The notes below the pieces were generated by a model. It was not told the DNA's origin and ran no database searches. It worked only from the letters and a program-made list of their open reading frames with translations. Shown here piece after piece: positions 50,523 to 54,832 of a DNA stretch of 54,832 bases (position 1 is its first letter; each line of letters opens with the position of its first letter). Position numbers and translations under genes: made by a program. Where the stretch lies: assembly GCA_002377245.1 (NCBI GenBank), contig DFPL01000283.1, positions 1 through 54,832 of the forward strand, written 5' to 3'. Source of the stretch: Enterobacteriaceae bacterium UBA3516. GTDB taxonomy: Bacteria > Pseudomonadota > Gammaproteobacteria > Enterobacterales > Enterobacteriaceae.

Positions 50523-51554
50523 ATGAAAGTCACCCTACTCTCTACCCTGGTTGCAACCGGCCTTGCGCTTTCCGCCTTTAGCGGCGTCGCCAAAGCAGAA
50601 GGTCGTCTGGTGGTTTATTGCAGCGCCACCAACGAAATGTGTGAAACGGAAACGCAGGCCTTTGGCGAGAAGTACAACGTCAAAACCTCATTCATTCGTA
50701 ACGGCTCTGGCAGCACGCTGGCGAAGGTCGATGCTGAGAAGAAAAACCCGCAGGCTGACGTCTGGTACGGTGGCACCCTCGACCCTCAATCTCAGGCAGG
50801 GGAAATGGGTCTGCTGCAGGCCTATAAATCCCCGAACCTTGAGCAGGTGATGGAAAAATTCCGTGACCCGGCAAAAGTGAAAGGCAACCTCTCCTCAGCG
50901 GTGTACGTTGGTATTCTCGGCTTTGGCGTGAACACTCAGCGCCTGAAAGAGAAAAACCTGCCGGTGCCAAAATGCTGGAAAGATCTGACCAAACCGGAAT
51001 ACAAAGGCGAGATTCAGATTGCCGATCCACAAAGCTCCGGCACCGCTTACACCGCACTGGCGACCTTTGTCCAGCTGTGGGGCGAGGATCAGGCCTTTGA
51101 TTACCTGAAACAGCTCAACAGCAACGTCTCACAGTACACCAAATCCGGCATTGCCCCGGCACGCAACGCCGCCCGTGGTGAAACGGCAATTGGTATCGGC
51201 TTCCTGCATGATTACTCACTGGAAAAAGAGCAAGGCGCACCGCTGGAGCTGATCTCGCCTTGTGAAGGCACCGGCTATGAGATCGGCGGTATCAGTATCC
51301 TGAAAGGGGCGCGTAACATTGATAACGCCAAACTGTTTGTTGACTGGGCGCTCTCCAAAGAAGCACAGGAACTGGCGTGGAAAAAAGGCAAGTCTTACCA
51401 GATTCTGACCAACACCACGGCAGAGACGTCGCCGAACTCACTGAAACTCGATGACCTGAAACTGATCAGTTACGACATGGATAAATACGGCTCCACGGAC
51501 GTACGTAAAGCGCTGATTAATAAATGGGTTAGCGATGTGAAGATGGGCAAATAA
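50523..51554 (+). CDS. afuA: ABC substrate-binding protein, AfuA type (sugar phosphates)
   Basis: Signal peptide, LVVYCS, DVWYGG, DPQSSGTAY, GFLHD, GYEIG. Confidence 0.82.
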   Translation: MKVTLLSTLVATGLALSAFSGVAKAEGRLVVYCSATNEMCETETQAFGEKYNVKTSFIRNGSGSTLAKVDAEKKNPQADVWYGGTLDPQSQAGEMGLLQAYKSPNLEQVMEKFRDPAKVKGNLSSAVYVGILGFGVNTQRLKEKNLPVPKCWKDLTKPEYKGEIQIADPQSSGTAYTALATFVQLWGEDQAFDYLKQLNSNVSQYTKSGIAPARNAARGETAIGIGFLHDYSLEKEQGAPLELISPCEGTGYEIGGISILKGARNIDNAKLFVDWALSKEAQELAWKKGKSYQILTNTTAETSPNSLKLDDLKLISYDMDKYGSTDVRKALINKWVSDVKMGK

Positions 51555-51623
51555 ACCCACACCTGCAGCATTTGCCGGGTGAAGGCACCACCGCCCCACC
51601 CGGCCTACAACACCGGAACGCTT

Positions 51624-53702
51624 ATGTCACACACACTCACTCTCCATCCCGCCAAAAAACGGGATGCGGTCTTCCTTTGGGTTTTACTCGGCTGGCTGGC
51701 GTTTGCCCTGCTGCCGAGCTGGAGCCTGGATTACGGCCTGACCGACTCAACGTCCGATGAAATTCTCGCGGCCTACGGCTGGTCACACCTTAACGTTAGC
51801 TGGTTATGGTACTTGCTCCCCACCGTGCTGGTGCTGCGCCCGCTCAGTGAAGCGAAACGTGAGCAGCGCGGCCGCCACTACTTTGATGCTGCCTGGGCAC
51901 TGCTGTGCATCGCCTTTGTGGCGATCAGCGCCACGGTTGAAGGCCGTGGGCTGGGCTATGCCAGCATCGTGCTGTTCGTCGCGTTAGGCGCGGTGATGAC
52001 GCTGGCGTTGACCCGTCTGGAGTGGCTTGGCGGTGACCGTTTCGTCATTGGCTCGCTGATCACGATTGTGGCGGGGATCAGCATCTTTATCGTCTGGCCG
52101 AGCATCGCCATATTTATTCCGATGTTCACCACCGACAGCGGCGAGTTTGCCCCGTTGGCCTTTATGAGCGTGCTCTCGCAGGCGCACATCATTCAGGTGA
52201 TCCTCAACTCCATCTGGCTGGCGATGGCCGTTGGCGTCGGCTGTACTTTCTTCGGTCTGGTGCTGGCGATTTACACCACGCGCATTGCCAAACGCAGCGC
52301 CATTATTGGTCGCGTGTTTTCCATTTTGCCTATCGTCACCCCGCCGTTCGTGGTGGGCTTAGGCGTGACGCTGATGATGGGGCGTTCCGGCTACGTGACC
52401 GAGCTGATGGTCGACTGGTTTGGACTGACCAACACCAACTGGCTGTATGGCTTTACCGGCATCTGGCTGGCGCAGGTGCTGGCCTTTACCCCGATGGCCT
52501 TTATGATCATCGACGGGGCCATCAAAACGATACACCCTTCACTGGAAGAGGCGTCTTACACGCTGCGCGCCAGCCGCTGGCAGACCTTTAACGGCGTTTT
52601 CGTTCCGCTGCTGAAACCGGCGCTGGCGAACGCTTTCCTGATCGTGGTAGTGCAGTCGCTGGCCGACTTCAGTAACCCGTTGGTACTGGGCGGTAACTTT
52701 GACGTACTGGCAACGCAGATCTACTTCTACATCACCGGTTCGCAGCTTGATTATCAGGCGGCGAGCACGCTGGGTGCCTTCCTGCTGCTCTTCTCTCTGC
52801 TGGTGTTCTGCGTGCAGTACATGTGGATTGGCAAACGCTCTTACGTGACGGTCTCCGGGAAATCCTACCGTGGCGATGTGCAGCCCCTGCCGGTCACCCT
52901 GGTCTGGACCGTGATTGCGCTGCTGACGATTTGGGTGGCCTTCAATGCCCTGCTTTACGGCAGCATTTTCTACGGCAGCTTCACCGTCAACTGGGGCGTG
53001 GATTACACCCTGACGCTGGACAACTTCATCAAACTGTTCGGCCAGGGAATGAGCGACGGGGCATGGCCTTCACTGCTTGATACGCTGCTTTATGCCGGTA
53101 TTGCCGCACCGATCACCGCCGCGTTTGGTTTGTTGATCGCCTGGATTGTGGTGCGCCAGCAGTTCAAAGGTAAAAAGACCATCGAGTTCACCACCATGCT
53201 GTGCTTTGCCGTACCGGGCACCGTGGCAGGCGTCTCCTACATCCTCGCCTTTAACAGTGCGCCGGTTTACATCACCGGTACCGCGGCGATTGTGATTATG
53301 TCGATGGTGATGCGTAACGTGCCGGTGGGGATTCGTGCCGGTATCGCGGGCCTCGGTCAGATAGACAAATCGCTGGATGAAGCCTCGCTCAGCCTGCGCG
53401 CCGGGTCACTGCGTACCATTACGCAGATCCTGCTGCCGCTGCTGCGCCCGGCCATTTTGTCCGCGCTGATTTACAGCTTTGTTCGCGCCATTACCACCGT
53501 CAGCGCCATCGTCTTCCTTGTCACCCCGGACACCCGCGTGGCAACGGCCTACATCCTGAACCGTGTGGAAGACGGCGAGTACGGCGTGGCCATTGCCTAT
53601 GGCTCAATCCTTATTGTGGTGATGCTCGCCATCATCTTCATTTTTGACTGGCTGATCGGTGAGGCGCGTATCTCCCGTTCTAAAGCCAAGAACCAGGCGT
53701 AA
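51624..53702 (+). CDS. afuB: ABC permease with two fused membrane domains
   Basis: Two EAA-type loops (LEEASYTLRAS; LDEASLSLRAG). Confidence 0.85.
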   Translation: MSHTLTLHPAKKRDAVFLWVLLGWLAFALLPSWSLDYGLTDSTSDEILAAYGWSHLNVSWLWYLLPTVLVLRPLSEAKREQRGRHYFDAAWALLCIAFVAISATVEGRGLGYASIVLFVALGAVMTLALTRLEWLGGDRFVIGSLITIVAGISIFIVWPSIAIFIPMFTTDSGEFAPLAFMSVLSQAHIIQVILNSIWLAMAVGVGCTFFGLVLAIYTTRIAKRSAIIGRVFSILPIVTPPFVVGLGVTLMMGRSGYVTELMVDWFGLTNTNWLYGFTGIWLAQVLAFTPMAFMIIDGAIKTIHPSLEEASYTLRASRWQTFNGVFVPLLKPALANAFLIVVVQSLADFSNPLVLGGNFDVLATQIYFYITGSQLDYQAASTLGAFLLLFSLLVFCVQYMWIGKRSYVTVSGKSYRGDVQPLPVTLVWTVIALLTIWVAFNALLYGSIFYGSFTVNWGVDYTLTLDNFIKLFGQGMSDGAWPSLLDTLLYAGIAAPITAAFGLLIAWIVVRQQFKGKKTIEFTTMLCFAVPGTVAGVSYILAFNSAPVYITGTAAIVIMSMVMRNVPVGIRAGIAGLGQIDKSLDEASLSLRAGSLRTITQILLPLLRPAILSALIYSFVRAITTVSAIVFLVTPDTRVATAYILNRVEDGEYGVAIAYGSILIVVMLAIIFIFDWLIGEARISRSKAKNQA

Positions 53703-53714
53703 CGGAGCATGACC

Positions 53715-54761
53715 ATGACACAAAAACATTTCGTTGAATTGCGCAACGTTAATAAGCAATTCGGCAGCAACACGGTGATTGAAAGCATCAATCTCGCCAT
53801 TCCACAAGGTGAGATGGTCAGCCTGCTTGGCCCTTCGGGATGCGGAAAAACCACCGTGCTGCGCCTGGTCGCCGGGCTGGAAAAACCCACCGGCGGGCAA
53901 ATTCTCATTGATGGCGAAGATGTCACACACCGTTCTATTCAACAGCGTGACATCTGCATGGTGTTTCAGTCCTATGCCCTCTTTCCCCATATGTCGCTGG
54001 GCGAAAACGTCGGTTATGGCCTGAAGATGCTTGGCGTTCCGCGCGCAGAGATCAAAACCCGCGTCAAAGAGGCGCTGGCGATGGTGGATCTGGAAGGCTT
54101 CGAAGACCGCTTTGTGGATCAGATTTCCGGTGGGCAGCAACAGCGTGTGGCGCTGGCCCGTGCGTTAATTCTGAAGCCTAAAGTGCTCCTGTTTGATGAG
54201 CCGCTGAGTAACCTCGATGCCAACCTGCGTCGCAGCATGCGCGATAAAATTCGCGAGCTGCAAAAGCAGTTCAACATCACCTCACTGTATGTGACCCACG
54301 ACCAGAGCGAGGCCTTCGCGGTGTCCGATACCGTACTGGTGATGAACAAAGGCAAGATTATGCAGATGGGCTCGCCGCAGGATCTCTACCGCCAGCCCGC
54401 ATCGCGCTTTATGGCAAGCTTTATGGGCGATGCCAACCTGTTCCCGGCGACCTTCCAGCAGGATAGCGTGGATATTTACGGTTACCGTTTGCCGAAGCCT
54501 ACCCATTTTGCCGCGCAGGGGACGGGGACGGTGGGCGTACGCCCGGAGGCCATCACCCTTGGCGAGCACGGCGAAGAGAGCCAGAAATGCGTCATTCAGC
54601 ACGTCGCCTATATGGGACCGCAGTATGAGGTGATTGTGGAGTGGCACGGCCAGCGTATTTTGTTGCAGGTGAATGCTACGCGTCTGCAACCCGATGTGGG
54701 GGATAGCTACTACCTGCAAATCCACCCCTACGGTATGTTCGAGCTGGCGGAGAGCGTGTAG
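53715..54761 (+). CDS. afuC: ABC ATPase
   Basis: [22 protein letters not shown]; start chosen from GGAG spacing (alternative 53709). Confidence 0.88.
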   Translation: MTQKHFVELRNVNKQFGSNTVIESINLAIPQGEMVSLLGPSGCGKTTVLRLVAGLEKPTGGQILIDGEDVTHRSIQQRDICMVFQSYALFPHMSLGENVGYGLKMLGVPRAEIKTRVKEALAMVDLEGFEDRFVDQISGGQQQRVALARALILKPKVLLFDEPLSNLDANLRRSMRDKIRELQKQFNITSLYVTHDQSEAFAVSDTVLVMNKGKIMQMGSPQDLYRQPASRFMASFMGDANLFPATFQQDSVDIYGYRLPKPTHFAAQGTGTVGVRPEAITLGEHGEESQKCVIQHVAYMGPQYEVIVEWHGQRILLQVNATRLQPDVGDSYYLQIHPYGMFELAESV

Positions 54762-54832
54762 TTATCCTGGCAGCGCCAGGGTAAGGGGAACATGCGGCTC
54801 TGAGGGTCGTTCCGTTCACCTTATGTTCCTTG

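Noticed and set aside
1591..53714. N-terminal extensions in the ORF track (e.g. mak, rdgC, ppnP, aroL, adrA, psiF, sbmA, afuA/B)
   Set aside because: Longest-ORF artefacts; downstream starts match orthologue N-termini or have RBSs
1..54832. CRISPR arrays, IS/transposases, integrases, prophage, tRNA/rRNA
   Set aside because: None seen by eye; small RNAs cannot be excluded without an Rfam/Infernal search

Overview
Chromosomal backbone segment of a non-E. coli enterobacterium, read in reverse relative to the E. coli K-12 map. Conserved order: acpH(3' end)-malZ-proY-brnQ-phoRB-sbcDC-mak-rdgC-ppnP-aroM-yaiA-aroL-yaiI-proC-adrA-psiF-phoA-iraP-ddlA-yaiZ-yaiY-yaiW-sbmA-ampH-iprA-ehaB/yaiT-hemB. Accessory genes sit between the core genes: a DUF2339/DUF3999-like membrane pair, a 2-hydroxyacid dehydrogenase + DASS transporter, an orphan fimbrial adhesin where araJ lies in K-12, a Rieske/FAD-reductase fusion, an MFS pump, an 'extensin-like' protein head-to-head with ddlA, and an isochorismatase. 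After hemB come an OlsF-like bifunctional acyltransferase and a UhpABC-like sensor cassette joined to an AfuABC transporter. I saw no IS, prophage, CRISPR, tRNA or rRNA; one short ERIC and two REP-like palindromes are present. Best leads: a probably PhoB-driven ornithine-lipid synthase, a Zn-peptidase motif in the extensin-like protein beside a DdlA with a broken signature motif (G111D), a UhpA-type internal promoter in front of uhpC-like/afuABC, and candidate operator and CsrA sites around ehaB-iprA. All family calls come from motif and synteny recognition by eye; no searches were run.
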